A DNA stretch of 64,000 nucleotides. It comes from Phoronis australis. Taxonomy: Eukaryota > Animalia > Phoronida. A program made the position numbers and the translations under genes. Below are positions 48,636 to 63,100 of the stretch, piece after piece. The first letter of the stretch is position 1. Every line of letters begins with the position of its first letter. The notes under the pieces were generated by a model. The model was not told where the DNA came from. It saw only the letters and a list, made by a program, of their open reading frames with translations, and did not search any database. Location: the NCBI GenBank assembly GCA_002633005.1, contig NMRA01000022.1, positions 493,715 to 557,714 on the forward strand. Direction: 5' to 3'.

Positions 48636-49551
48636 CTACATGAGAAAGGGACATTTCGAATCCAAGATGGCTGACACTACCATGGAGACGGTGTTTAGTA
48701 CCTATCCTTATTTGAGTCTACATATGCTAAAAGTACTTGGTATATCAAATGTCATGGTTTTATCAAATCGTGAATAATTTGTTGAGTTCTTGACATTTAG
48801 CCACTCACTAATGTACAAGATAGGAGCACGACTATACCTCTTCAAGTTGTCAAAAACTTCTTATCATGAAAGCTTTGGGAAAAGTGGTATCAAGATAGGG
48901 ACATAATGGGTGGGCGTGTGCTGCTGCACATAAGAGATCTGGACCAACGTAATTACCCGAGAAAATACTATCAAGCTAAAATACCTGGGAAATACCAACC
49001 AAGCTCCTACAATACAATATTCATCAATTTCCTTATGACATTAGGTTTAGTGCACATTACTCTATACAAAAAGACAAGCTTGGGCAATGAATTTCACACA
49101 ACATCCGAAAAATTTTCTCAAGCGTAAATCCATGCCATATACTAAAGATTAAATTTCTTATTATTACTGTGGTCGTTCACCACTGACTTTACTGTACACC
49201 GTACTTGAACCAAAAGCCACTGTTTCATGTATTTTTGCAGACCAATAATCCTCTTGAACACTTTTGATTGGCAGATATTTGTAGCATTAGCCATTTCTGG
49301 AGATACACTTGTCTTGTTAACCAAGCTCATCATTCGTACCTTAAATTTTCAGTCTTGATTGACTCACTGAAGTTTAGCTTACTAGTCAGTGTCAACAAAG
49401 ACATGATTATATGACCCAATTAACAAGAGATTGGTAAAAATCAAATTCCATTGGCTTTGCAGAAAACGTAAACTTTAATGAGCTAAAATCCATAGTTGCC
49501 TAGGTATTTTGATAAATCCCTAGACATGTTCGGAAATAAACATAATTTAAT

Positions 49552-51107
49552 ACAAGAGCAACGCGGAGCGCTGAAATGTGCCCACGAATGCATCGCAAAT
49601 GGTGTGCTTTTAGGGTTATTTATTTGTATCATAAAAATGGCCACTAGATGGCGCAAAAACATACAATCCATCCAAAAACACGAACCAGCCATATTTCATA
49701 AAAATCTGTCAAGGAACTTCAGAGAAACAAAGGAAAACAGAATAAAATGAAATTGCCACTAGTGGGCACAGTGTTCATTGGATCCGCCTGAAAGTCGCCG
49801 TCCTCTGTTGTTATCTTCATATAAATACACTTANCAAGATTTGAAAACAGCCAAAATGGCCACTAGGTGGTGCAAAATACCTTGATTCCATCCAAAAACA
49901 GGAAGATGGCGTCATCACACCAATAGATGCCTATATTTAAAATTTTATGAAAATCTGTTGAGGACCTTTGAAGATACTGAGTTAAACGTAAAAAACTAAA
50001 ATTGCCACTAGGGGACACAGCAGTAGTCAGATCTGTCCGAAAGTCGTCGTCATCCGTTGTCAACATCATATACATACACTTGCTAAATTAAGTAAAGGAT
50101 CCTGCAAACGGTTTAGGAGATACAGCCATAGGCGCAACAAAAACAAAACTGCCACTAGGAGGTGCCACAGTAGTCGAAATCGTTGGAATATCATCGTCAA
50201 TCGTCTTCTTTATAGTAAGCACATACATGCCAATTTTCACAATCATCCTTTGAGAGGTTTGGTTGATAGAGGTTTGGACGCAAAAAACAGACTCAAAAAC
50301 AGTAAAAATGGCCACTAGGTGGCACAAACTACGTTGAATCCATACAGAAACGGGAATATAGTGTCACCTCACTAATAGGTGCCTGCATATTAAATTTCAT
50401 GAAAATCCGTTAAGGACTTTTGAAGATACAAAGGTAAACGTAAAAAAAATAAAATTGCCACTAGGGGGAACACCGGTAGTCGGATCTGTCCAAAAGTCGT
50501 CGTCTTCTGTTGTTAACATTATATAAATAAACTTATTACATTTCGTAAAGATCCTGCGAACGGTTTAGGAGATACAGCCATAGGCGAAAAAAAAACTGCC
50601 ACTAGGAGGTGCCACAGTAGTCGAAATCGGCGGAAAGTCATTGTCAACCATCCTCTTTGTAGTAAGCACATACATGCCAATTTTCACAATCATCCTTTGA
50701 GCGATTTGGTTGATAGAGGGGTGGACGCAAAAAACAGACTAGAAAACAGTAAAAATGGCCAATAGGTGGCGCAAACTACGTCGAATCCATCCGAAAATAG
50801 GAGGATAGCGTCATCTCACTAATAGGTGTCTACATACAAAATTTCATGAAAATCCGTTCAGGACTTTTGAAGATACAAAGGTAAGCGTAAAAAAATAAAA
50901 TTGCCACTAGGGGGCACACCGGTAGTCGGATCAGTCCGAAAGTTCACTCATGCTGTCCCATTCATGAATGGAACATATGTGCCAAATTTCATGAACGTAT
51001 GTCAAAGGGTTTTGGAGATAGAGCAGTGGACGGCAGACACCGGACGGACGGACGGACAGAGATGACGGCATAATGCGTCCACATATAAATATGTGAGCGC
51101 ATAAAAA
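49552..51107 (+). mobile_element. Family B modular HINE/DINE-1-like element, apparently complete, in a cyclin J intron
   Basis: 5' ACAAGAGCAACGCGGAGCG, an internal array of ~150-bp units each with CCACTAG.NGGC, a (GACG)n microsatellite at ~51040-51060, and a 3' hairpin (tgcgtccacatat.aatatgtgagcgca) plus an A tract. Confidence 0.7.
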
Positions 51108-51459
51108 TGCTTTATTTAAGTTGATTGGTTGAAATTTCAAGTTTGAACTTGGAATAACAGAATAAACATGCAATTCAAAGCTCGATCAAGCTATCTCAAG
51201 ATTAAGAAAGCAGGCGTCTTTGTGGGGATTATTAATAAAAAATGGTCATGTATTGAAAAAAAAAAACAGTTTCCACATTTGAAAGCTATAAAACCTCGTC
51301 TACTTAAAGCTTAACTTCAATGGAATTTTGTTATTTTAGATGTATTGGGCTAACAAGATAGTCCTAGCAAAGCCTTAGTAAAATAAGAAAACTCGAGTTC
51401 AATCACGCAAATGTAAGCCCGTCAAATGATAAGTGAAGCTGCCTTTTCATGCCATGTTG

Positions 51460-51583
51460 CGTCACCGCGAGATCCCCGCACAAACAACAAAAGGTTGCAT
51501 TGAATAGGTGTCTGAATAGAACATCATTGCGTGTGGGTGTTATTTGCAGCTGTTTGAATTAAAAGGTGATTCTCGCGGTGACG
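51460..51583. repeat. 13-bp perfect inverted repeat pair, possible tiny MITE relic
   Basis: CGTCACCGCGAGA (51460-51472) and TCTCGCGGTGACG (51571-51583). Confidence 0.55.
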
Positions 51584-52815
51584 TAGACAAAAGCAAACCC
51601 ATACACCTAACAGTTCGTTACACTTGGCCATTAATGACACTAGTGGGCTCAGAGTGATGGTCTTAACATACTTTAGGAACCAAATTTACAATTAGTGTTA
51701 CTGTTGAAGATAGGCTTTAATCTTAAGACTGGTTGAGTGACCCTGAAGTTCCAAGTTGATGCATACGTGATCGAAACCCTGACAAAGTTGATAGTGGTAG
51801 AAATTTACTATTCATATTGTAAGAGATGATCATTACACAAATGTTTGTGCCTCTCTTTAAGTATAATAACTTAAACTAACGTAATTGTACTTTGGTCCCA
51901 TGGCCTTGAATACTTGTAATGAACACAATCAAATCGTACATGATTTCAGCAATCGGAGAGTGGAAAAATAGATTATTACAAACTTGAAGATATGACATAT
52001 TTTGAATGAAATGAATTGGACACATTGGGACGATTACCAGTACATCAGTGTTTATCGCCTAAACAGTTCAATCTATTGCAAAATATGGTTTGTGTGGCAA
52101 ACAAATTTGTTGCACAAGCTTGACTTAATATGTGTAAATGATTACCTCGTACAGAAACTGACAAATATTGTACCGAATAAGCGTGCTCAAGACAAAACCT
52201 AGCAGATTAAATACTTATCAAAGATGACGTGGCCATCACAAAATACTAATCAGCAACATTGTCTGAAAGGGCAAAAGCCTCACTCGAATTCATGAATCAG
52301 AAAACATTTTCACTTGCCTTAATATTGACATTACACAGTTGATCAACTGGGTGATGTGATATTTTAAAGAAATTTTTAACAGGAACAAAAATTTTCAAAT
52401 ATGACCCTATCTTAACACCATGTACTGTAAACAGTGCATGAAAACTTGGTTTGGTGAAGGTGGGCCACTCAGAAAGTGCTTCAACAGAACACATCTGCCA
52501 AATAACACGATGATCATGCCAGGGGTACAAGAGAAGCCGAGACCCCAGGAAGGACCCTGGACGACCAGAATACATTGAAGGCTTTATGCACCAACATAAG
52601 TCAAAGCGATTTTCTTAAATCCGCCTTGAAAGTCTCACACCTGAACCAAACACTGTAACGACTCGTCTATTAACCCATTATCTGATTAGAGTGTGAACAG
52701 AAGGCTATTCATAGACCAACATGACTACAAATCACAATGCATGCAAATACAAGATGGACCATTGCTTCACTATCGCCACATACTGAACTCTGAGCTTCTC
52801 TTTTTCTCAACTCAC

Positions 52816-52975
52816 CTCAACATGTGCTGTATGCACGGGTCGATTATGTCCCAGTTGTACCGAGTGACCTTCTCCAGGTCACGTGACCACGGTGGACTGA
52901 TGTGTAGACAGATACGCGAAGAAGCGATACAACTTGCCGCTATCACAGACGGGGGAAATTGACGGAACTTCTCAT
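52816..52975 (-). CDS. CCNJ: Cyclin-J, internal exon (cyclin C-terminal fold)
   Basis: tggcag|(D)EKFRQFPPSVIAASCIASSRICLHISPPWSRDLEKVTRYNWDIIDPCIQHML-R|gtgagt; compare cyclin J [30 protein letters not shown]...YSWD. Confidence 0.93.
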
Positions 52976-54333
52976 CTGCCAGATCAGAAAGAGAATCTGC
53001 CAGGCATCATAATTGGATTTAAAAAATCAAGCTTGTGAACTGTCTTAAACCAAGGTGATGTATTACATGTTACAGTCTCATTACAAGCAACTCACATTTA
53101 GTCCATCTTCCAGACAATATCGTTTTTCAGATGCTGATATCAATCTTTCGTTTGTTAAACGCTAGGCTCAGTCTTTTGTCCAATGTCATGAAGCAAACAC
53201 CAATTATCTAACACACTGAATGAATACAATAATGTAAACTCACATTGATGAAAAACCCATCACAGCATTTTGGCCATTTTTATTGTATTTTTTAAGTGAA
53301 AGAAGGATCCTACACTAACTATTCAACCATCAGTTTGTGACTTTAGAGAGATCACCAACCTATATTACAGAATTAAGGGATAGAAGCATGTTAGATAAGT
53401 GAGTAAACATCATGAGTAAAAAGGTTTGGAACACGAAGCCCAACTGTCAATAAAGTATAAACTGTAATCCAAGCAAATCTTAAATTATGACTAAAACATT
53501 TCAACTCTGTGCAGCACTATCTTTGAAAACCATGCTTTTGGTTTGCATTTTGTAAACAAACCTCTTATGGTTCTCTAACTCTTTCACTGTCAAGGTTTTT
53601 AGAACAGCCAGAACTCTCAGTCCCAAACACATTTTGAGGAGAAGTACCATGCAATCACTAAAACGCTATAAAATTGTTATTGGTTTGTGGTTTGTTATGA
53701 AACGTTCAGGGTAAGATGCCCACACATTCTATTATATTCTACATTGAGGTATATATTACCAGTTGGAGCATAAAGACTTCAGGTAAAAAACATTCTCAAG
53801 GATCATCGAAGGGTTTTGGTTGAAATTCAAACCCCCTGGCCTCTGTGAATACCTGTCTCATGTTTGACATTTAAAATGGAGATCCTGAATCAAAACTGTT
53901 TTGAATTTAAGTCAACTAAACCACAGCTATAGAAAGCTTAGCAGTCATTGCAATGATAAGAATTGGACAGGTGGGTGAAAAAAAGAAGAAAAGATTTTCA
54001 TTAAGGATTTGCTAACACGTCACTCCTGTCGTCTGATAATGTTGTCAAACTGTAGTTATCACCTACAAAATTTAGGATTAATTAGATGAAGTACAGGAAG
54101 TACCTAACTCTCTAATCAGCACATTTGGCAGTGACGAATAACTCAGCAAAAGGCATGCAGTGCAGTGGACGAGCAGTGAGTCGGCAATCCTAATTGCATA
54201 TAACACCATGGACCAACTGGAATTTACTGATGTTTTTCACGGTCCCTTACTTGTTTTAGTCCAGTTTGAAATTTGCAATTTCAGCTTGAGCTAATTAGAA
54301 CTGCTTGGGATTCTAGCCCCGTAGGTAGTTTAC

Positions 54334-54489
54334 CTTGTAAGCTAATCTCCATGAAGTAGTCGACGTATTTGTCCATGTAGAACACTGCCTTGGACATAAG
54401 CTCCTTTATCGGTTTCCCAGCATGCTCGTCTGTCTCGGACACAAAGATGGTGGCATAATACTCAATAAAGTGAGCAGGGGTGGGCAAAC
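54334..54489 (-). CDS. CCNJ: Cyclin-J, internal exon
   Basis: cccttcag|LPTPAHFIEYYATIFVSETDEHAGKPIKELMSKAVFYMDKYVDYFMEISLQ|gtaaac; compare cyclin J LPTAAHFIEYY...ETDLHDG...YMAKYADYFLEVSLQ. Confidence 0.95.
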
Positions 54490-54933
54490 CTGAAGGGGGC
54501 AAAAGAACACTCAATATAACTAAAACTGACAACAGGGGGTGCCGTTAAGATTTACAGCAAGTACAGTGCACACCAAAAGTAAACGGACAAAATATCGTTT
54601 CCCTCATAGAGTCATGATGGGTCGTCCTTGCTTCTGATAATAAAATTATGCTTGTGCTCAGCTGGCAGAAAAAGAGAAGTTCGATTTTAGTTCAACACCT
54701 CTAGTATTATCAATCAAAGATGAAAGACAGTTGCATCTTGTTTCTTCTTTGACACATTTCGGCTTTTAGATAAGGTGATGAAGTCTTAATTAGTTTACCA
54801 CCACTGTTACGTTTGTTTCTAAATTGCATTGTGGTCTTCTTATCCTGAACACATCTGCAAAATTTTCATAATGATCCTTTGAATGGTTTGGCAGTTAGAG
54901 AGTCCAAGCAAGACAATGGACTATAAAAATAAC

Positions 54934-56460
54934 AACAAGAGCAACGCGGAGTGTTAAAATGCACCCACGAATACATTGCAAATGGTGTGCTTTCAGGGTT
55001 ATTTATTTGTATCATAAAAATGGCCACTAGAAAGCGCAAAACATACAATCCATCCAAAAACAGGAACATGCCATATTTCATAAAAATCTGTCAAGGAACT
55101 TCAGAGAAACAAAGGAAAACAGAATAAAATGAAATTGCCATTAGTGGGCAGTGTCCGTTGGATCTGCCTGAAAGTCATCGTCGTCTGTTGTTATCTTCAC
55201 ATAAATACACTTACTAAATTTAGAAAAGATCCTGCAGTGGGTTTAGGAGATGTAACTATGGGCGCAAACCAAAACTGCCACTAGGAAGCGCCACAGTAGT
55301 CAGTCACCATGATCAAAGGTCGTCTTCACATTGAGAACATATATGCCAATTTTCAAATGATTTGGTTGATACAGGAGTGGACGCCAAAAACAAGATTTGA
55401 AAACAGCAAAAATGGCCACTAGGTGGTGCAAAATACCTCGATTCCATCAAAAAACAGAAAGATAGCATCATCACACCAATAGATGCCTATATATAAAATT
55501 TTATGAAAATCTGTTGAGGACCTTTGAAGATACCGAGTTAAACGTAAAAAACTAAAATTGCCACTAGGGGGCACAGCAGTAGTTAAATCTGTCCGAAAGT
55601 AGTCGTCATCCGTAGTCAACATCATGTAAATACACTTGCTAAATTAAGTAAAGATCCTGCGAACGGTTTAGGAGATACAGCCATAGGTGCAACAAAAACA
55701 AAATTGTCACTAGGAGGCGCCACAGTAGTGGAAATCGTCGGAAAATCGTCAACCCCATAGTAAGCACATAATTATGCCAATTTTCACAATCATCCTTTGA
55801 GCGGTTTGGTTGATATAAGTATGTGGGCGCATAAAAATGGCCACAAGGTGGCGTAAAATATGTTGAATCCATCTGAAGATGAAATGGCATTGTTGTCTCC
55901 TTAAGAAAAAGTTATTTTCCAAAAAAATCCAACAAAGACCTAGCAGATAGAGAAGCAAACATAAGAAACTAAAATTGGCACTAAGGACACAGCAATAGTC
56001 AAATTTGTCTGAAAGTCATCGTCACCTGTCCTCAGATTCATAGAAACACATCTTCCAAATCTGCAAGGAGATTAGGAGATACAACAGCAAACATGGGCAG
56101 GACGTTCGGACACCAGAAAGAGATGACCACAAAAATACACTCACACATGTGCATATGTAGGCACACAAAAATGGCCACACAAAATATACTGAATCTGCCC
56201 AAAAATAGATTTGCATTGTCACCTTCTTAATAGAAGACTATTCACCAAATTTCTTGAAAATCCAATTAGGAACTCCAAAGATACAGAGGTAAACGTAAAT
56301 TTGTCACTAGGGGGCACAGGAGTAGTGGGACCAGTCGGAAATTTGTTGTCATCTGTCATCAGCTTCATAGAAACACTACATCTATCAAATCTCATTAAGA
56401 TCGTGCATAGGCTTTGGAAGATGCAGCACGGATGCTCAGACAGAGATAACATCGGAAGCA
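54934..56460 (+). mobile_element. Family B element copy or copies
   Basis: 54934-55170 matches 49552-49830 and 55390-55815 matches 49835-50270, followed by more diverged modules. Confidence 0.75.
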
Positions 56461-57244
56461 TACATATGTTCTTAAATCTGAAGTTGAAATGATTTTTGCT
56501 ATGTTAATGCAAACATTTTGCAAGTTTGTCTATTTTGTATTTTATAGAAGTTGTTGAGTGGTCACAGTAACAGCATTCAACAAAATCTAACACTTGACAT
56601 ATCGTGACAAGAAACTACATGACAGCTTTTCCCGTTCAGTGACATTACCAGACGGAGGTGATTCTAAGCGTGTGATAACATCTGACTTCTTTGTTAATTG
56701 CCAAGCACACTCTTTTGTCTGTTATGACAACAAGCAGGCCACTTATTTACCTCGTGTGAACACTGTCAAACTCAGAGTGAATTGGTGTATTCGGAAAGAA
56801 TAGATTGTCATAACTTCGGTTGCAGTTGGGAGATTTTGGCGATTCAAAAATTAAACATGATTACCATTTGACGAAGATTTCAGAAATGCTATTGGTTTAT
56901 GTTCAAATATGTTATTACTTAACTTTTATTTTTAACAGCACAGCCCAGACAGGGTAGATAGGATCTTATTGGAGATTAGAGCAATTATCGAACAAAAGAG
57001 AGCTGGCCCTCCAACCATAAATGCCAGAATGGAGATAATCAGTTGTGTAAGATATTGGCTACAGGGGTAAACTTCCCAACTTGTTATTGGGCTATAGAAT
57101 CGAACAAGTTGGGAGCAACAGGAAAACGCTGAAATAACCGGTAAGAGCGTATTTGACAAATTATTACATCATCAAAAACACTTTCAAAAAATGTTTTACA
57201 ATTTAATGCGACCAAAGACAGTGCAAAAAACATGTTAATGAGGG

Positions 57245-58950
57245 ACAAACACAACCTCAGAGGAGCACAAAGCACTGAAATATGCCCACAGCTGCACTGT
57301 AAATGGCATGCTTCTTGGGCTGATTATTACTACAATAAAATGTCCATTTGATGGCGGGGAATATGTAGAAGCCATCCAAAAATGGGAAGGCCTTGTTGTC
57401 TTCTTAATACACACAAGCAATTCAATGTGATTAAATGCCCCCGACAGTTAACCTCAACAGTACCTCAAACAATATGCTTTCAGGGAAGTTTATTAGTATC
57501 AAAAAATGGCCACAAGGTGGAGCAGACGTTGACCCTGTCTGAAAATGAGAAGGCCTTGTCATCTTCTTCACAGAAAACTGTTTAAACAAGAACAACGCTG
57601 GGGCATTGACATGTGCCCATGGTGCATCGCAAACGATATTTCTAAGGGCCACTAGAAAGTAGTACTGACAGTAGTCCAATCAGCTCGAAAATCAAAAGGT
57701 GCCAGCGAGTGGTCATCACATCCCTCTGGGCCAAGTTTCATTGAAATTCGTTAATCAGTCTCTAGATATACAACGAAAACAACACTCTTCGTCCAAACAA
57801 CACTTGCAAAAAATGAAAAAATGGCCACTAGGTGCTACAGCAGTCACATCCGGCCGAAAATTTAGTGGTGACAGTATAGAGACATTGCATATCTCTGTCA
57901 ATTTTCATTAGAATCGGATCTCAAAATGACATTTGGAAACACTCTAGCTCAAAAAGTGCCACTAGGAGGTGCTACCAAGGTTGAACAGGCCTGAAAATGG
58001 AATGGTACTAACATATGGACATCATATATCCCTGTGCCAAGTTTCAGTGAAATCCACCAATCAATTTTCTAGATATCATGCGGAAACGCTCTTCTCCAAA
58101 AATACTAAAAAGCCACGCCCCCTGACCCCAGGGGTGGGTCAGATTGAAACGTGACAGGACTGTTTTAGTGATGCACTACACCCTTGTGCCAAATTTCATC
58201 AAAGTCTGACCAGGGGTTTTTGAGATATCGAGCAGACACCTGGACAAAGTGACGACTTAATACATAATTATGTATGCAAGCACATAAAAGTTCCATGTAA
58301 ATCCATCCAGAAACTCTGAAGAAAAAGAAACAAATGTAAAAAATAGAATTGCCACTTTGAGACACAGCAATAGTTGAATCCATCCAAGAGATGTTGCCAT
58401 CTGTACCCACATTCATAAGAATGCACTTATCATGTATCACATAGTTCCTGCAAGGGGTTTAGTGATACAACTGTTAATGCAAACAAACTGGCACCAGGGT
58501 GCACCACATCACTTGGACCCCTTCGCAGTCGTACAGTTGTCAGTAGGAAACTATCGGCCACTTTTCTCATTGAGTCTTTGAGCAGTTTGCCGAATAGAGA
58601 GGTGGGTAACAGAAAAACAAAAAAAAGAAAAAAAAACTACCGTAAACTACTGGGTATGTGGTACAAATTTGTCAAATCTGTTCGAAAATGGGAAGGCATT
58701 GCCATCTCTGTCGCTGACACATATTTAGTAAATTTCATGAAAATCCATTTAGGAACTTTGAAGAAATAAAGGCAAATACAAAAAATTGTAATTGCTGCTA
58801 AGGCTAAGAAGCATAGCACTAGTCAGACCGGTCTGAAACTGTGGTCAGCTTCACAGAAGCCCATATACCAAATTAAGATCCTGCAAGAGGCTTTAGAGAT
58901 ACAGCAGATGCCAGACACTCAAACCGAGATAACGGTGCCCACATATTACA
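57245..58950 (+). mobile_element. Diverged family B-related elements (nested fragments)
   Basis: Repeated 5' motif (gcactgaaatatgcccaca; acaagaacaacgctggggcattgacatgtgccc), aaaatggccactaggtg and gccaagtttca modules. Confidence 0.6.
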
Positions 58951-59164
58951 AATTCAAAGTTAATTCTTATGTGCCCACATATAGGATGTTCTCAAAGGGG
59001 TCAAATCTACTCAAAGTGACAGAACATGTGGAATGGAAAAAGCAGAATATTCAGCAAATTTTGCGAAATATTACGCACTTATAGAATACTGCACAAGTTT
59101 TGTGCGATACTGTGCACTTGTGGAATATTATGTGCATTTTTGTGTAATAGTAATTATAATCTAT

Positions 59165-60140
59165 TTTTAAAAATCAATGTGACAGTTGCAGAACGGTTCA
59201 ACAAACAGAAAAGTTTTGCACAGCCCTAAAATGTTTAAATTTTCTCCAATAAACATGAATTACATTCCATTCTCAATAACACTTGAAAGAACAATGTGTC
59301 CACTCACAATAATTAATCAATGTGACAGTTGCAGAACGGTTCCGCATGCCGAACGGTTCCGCAAACAGAATAGTTTTTTGGAGCAATCCAATTTTTTAAT
59401 TCTTATCATGCCCAATAAAGTTAAAATGCATTCCATAATCAATACTACTTGAAAGTATCAATGTGACAATTCTAACAATAATTAGTTGATCAATGTGACT
59501 GTTGTGGAAACATTCCGCATGCAGAACCGTTCTGTATGGGGAATGATTTCCCTAACAGAATGGCTTTGCGGGGTATTTGTGTTGCCCAATGAACTTAAAA
59601 TGCATTCCATTATCAATACCACTTGAAAGTATCAATGTGACAATCCGACTCTTGCGGAATGGTTCCGTTTGCAGAACTGTTCCGCAAGCATTGGTTTTGT
59701 GGAGCTCACAATTTTTTAAAATTTCTTCTTGCGCATTAAAGTTGAAATATATTCTATTCTCAATAACACATGAATATATCAGTGTGTCGACATGAACAAT
59801 AATTAATCAGTGGGGAAATTGCTGAATGGTTTGTGATGCAAAAACCTACCTCAAGCAGATTCGGGAAAAATTGACATCTTCTATGCCATTTTACCGCTTT
59901 TGGTAGAATGTTAACACAAGCCACGAAATATTCAAATCTTAATGTGCAACAAGCATAAGACATAAAAGTATCAAAATTTCTACCCTCACAATAATTAATT
60001 AATAAATGTGACAGTTGCGGAACTGCTCCGCATAGGGAACAATTTCCCAAATAGAATGGTTTTGCGGGGTACTTCTTTTGCCCAGTGAAGTTAAAATGCA
60101 TTCCATAATCAATACCACTTGAAAGTATCAATGTAACAGT
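59165..60140. repeat. Degenerate tandem array, ~140-190 bp unit, ~6 copies
   Basis: caatgtgacagttgcagaacggttccgca...aaatgcattccataatcaatac.acttgaaagtat recurs near 59175, 59318, 59490, 59633, 59810 and 60005. Confidence 0.8.
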
Positions 60141-63100
60141 AGTTTTTCCCCATGTGCGCGAACAAGGGTACCTTTGGGCACAATGTCAGAATTCATCTCT
60201 AAGACTAGTTAATGCTTGCAATCCTCTTGAAATGGTTTGTTTAGATATTGAATTATTTGCTGTATTGCCTAAGCTAACATATTCTGCAGTTCTTTTTACT
60301 ACAGAATGTGAACTTTAGTTTTTATCCTTCTTTACAGTAGGTGAGGGTTAGAAAAAGAATTTACAAATTTCGTAACAAGTGCCTGTTTTATGATGAACCC
60401 TACCATTTCTCAATGATTAAGCACAACTTCATCTGAGTGATTCTGAAAGTGACCCAAGTTATTCCTAGTCATATCTAAGCAATTGCTTACTTAATAAAAT
60501 AAATTTCTTTCTTGCTGTTGACAGTTGAAAATAGTAATTTTTAAAATGGCCACTCGTAACGCTAAAAATGCATGAAATTCATAGACAAAAACATGCATAA
60601 ATTTCTCAAACATTATCTGAATTTGATGAATCTTTTTTTAATTTGCACAACTAAATAACTCTTGGCATAGGAGATTCAGTTAGCATTTGGTAATTGACCA
60701 AAAAAAATTTATATAAGACCGTAACACAGTCAACTCTCAAATATGGACCTTGATTGTGATTTAGCCGTCAAATAGCTAAAAAACGAAGACGGTGACCCGT
60801 TAATTTTTAAAGAAAATGTGATGGACATCCAAATAAAACACAAAAGAAAAATTTAAAGGTGAACTTTTTGTGTATAAAACAAAATGCTAAAATCTAAGGT
60901 TCTCAAAATCCAGTCTACTTAGTATAGAAGTCATAGACATCACAAAATCAAAAACCAGAAAACATACATAAAGCCGTTAAATCATAAAACTGACATCATA
61001 AAATAAAACTGACTTGGTTTCAAAAAGAATTCAACCATTAGAGATGTCTTTCAGAAACCCACTTAAAATTCACATATTTGCTGAGTGTTTGCAATGCCAA
61101 AAAATAATTTGATGCAATTTGTGGAAGGCAAAGACTAAAATATTAAATGTGGAAATTAAAAAATCAACATACCTTAAATTGCATGAGAATAAAGTTTGGC
61201 TGTAAAGCTAAATGTCACTGTTAAGTGTCAGACAAGGTAATCGGCATAAAACTTGCAGATAGCATGTAAACTCTTACCAGTGGGTCAGTTCAGGTTATCG
61301 CATAACTCCCCAAACAGTATCCTTGACTTCATTTTCAGGCTGGTGCAAACTAAAGCTTGATCTTAAAGCTAAAAGTCGTTGGTGAATATCAGACAAGATA
61401 GGGTCACCACATTAAGTCACTTGTATCATTAGGTCAATTTAGGTTATGAGAAAGTCCATCAAACAAAGCCGTGCCACTGACTTCTGAGTTATGTGTGAGT
61501 CTTTAAGAAATGCTTACAAATCATCAATACTGTATCAAAAACATCAACAAACAGCCCCACTAGTAGATCATAAGCCAAATTTGAACACCTAAAACACTAT
61601 TTGACCATATGTTAATTAGCTAATCTCAAGTTACAGCCATTTATTGGTCAAAACATACTACGTAGAATCTGGACAAGCAATCACAGCATTAGTCATCCTC
61701 CATAGTTTTCAGTATGTGGTTTATGACACAATTAAGAATGGCGAAGTGTTGCATTTGTCGTGGTTGTGACAATTGAATATTTGAGCATGCTGTGGCTCTT
61801 TTCACTTTCCTGCAGGGCATCAGAGAAGTACGGATATGGTACAACATTGTACAACGAACTCGCGTGTTGGTGGACACGGCACACTAGTGGTGCAAACATT
61901 CATACATCACACTCATGTCCGTGGTGGTAAGAAACTTTCAATTAAAGTCGCTTTTCTTTTACTTTCTCTTGTTTGGGATATTGAATTCATGAGTATGATA
62001 TGCAGTGCTATAAAAGAAAGTTTAATGATGGTGGCAAAGTAAATGAGGGTTTTAAGCACTGAATGCAGAGCGACTTGAGGAGACCACCAAAGCGCCATCT
62101 ATTGAAATGTCTGAGAATTATGAGTGTTTTTTAAAATAAGCTTTTAGAAATCAGTAAATTAACAAGTTTTGAGAACAGTGAGTTACGTTGCCATGCAGTA
62201 ATTATCTGAAAATAAACCACAGACATCAAAATTGGGAAACTGTGAAGTGAGTTTTAAGCTAAGGTTGGATGCATAAAAACAATTTTTGAGGAGCGAGTGT
62301 TGTTGACGAATGATTTGACTATGAAAATATGAATACTGTGGGAATTGAAGGTTTCCATAAACCAGGATTCACAAAGACATAGGAATTAAAAACCTCCCAT
62401 TTGGTTTCAAATGCAGACAACAATTTCTAAATCTAGGCTTAATACAGATATCTATCTGGTCTATTAAGCATTCCCGTGCACCTATTTAACAGCAGGTAAC
62501 AATGACACTAACATAACTTTTTTGAGGAATTCAATTTCAGGAGCTAAAAAAATAAAAGAATCACCAGGTTTAGTCCATTTTATTTGTTGTAGCTAAAGTG
62601 AAGCCATTGCTGATGTAGAATTTGATCAACTGGACACAACAGGACCTCAGAACAGATTTCCTGATAAACAGGCCTTTTGACGACAACAGGATTTGTTCAA
62701 ATCTGTTGCTGGAGTACATGGTGCTGTGGAAAAGGTTGACTTTCAAATGTGCTTTTAATGAACAAGTCCCAACTGTATTGACTGGTGTATGCCTAAACAT
62801 GGGAAGTGAATACAACTTTATAGCAATGACAAACAGGGTAAATTGCTCTTAAACAGTGCTCAAAACCCCCTGGGTGTTTAATAAATTGGGGAGCCTGAAA
62901 ATCTGGGTTGGGCTTACTACCAAAATTGGGGTAGAGTGCTTAATCTGAGCCAGAGTCACCCTTTTACCTTTGAAATTAAAGTTCACACACCTGAAATTCA
63001 AAGAATTTGGCATAAAACAACTTGCTCATGGAAAAGTTGAATCAGGGTTTTTTAGCCGACACATGCATTCGAGAATTTCAACTTGAAGTGGGAGAAAATA

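Noticed and set aside
61913-62098. ORF MALWWSPQVALHSVLK..., superficially like the cyclin J N-terminus (QWW...IHQAL)
   Set aside because: Similarity is limited to WW, there is no suitable donor, and no cyclin-box exons were found between it and 54489. The real 5' exons probably lie beyond the window.
62570-62852. Overlapping 76-81 aa ORFs
   Set aside because: No recognisable domain and no phase-compatible splice sites for cyclin J.
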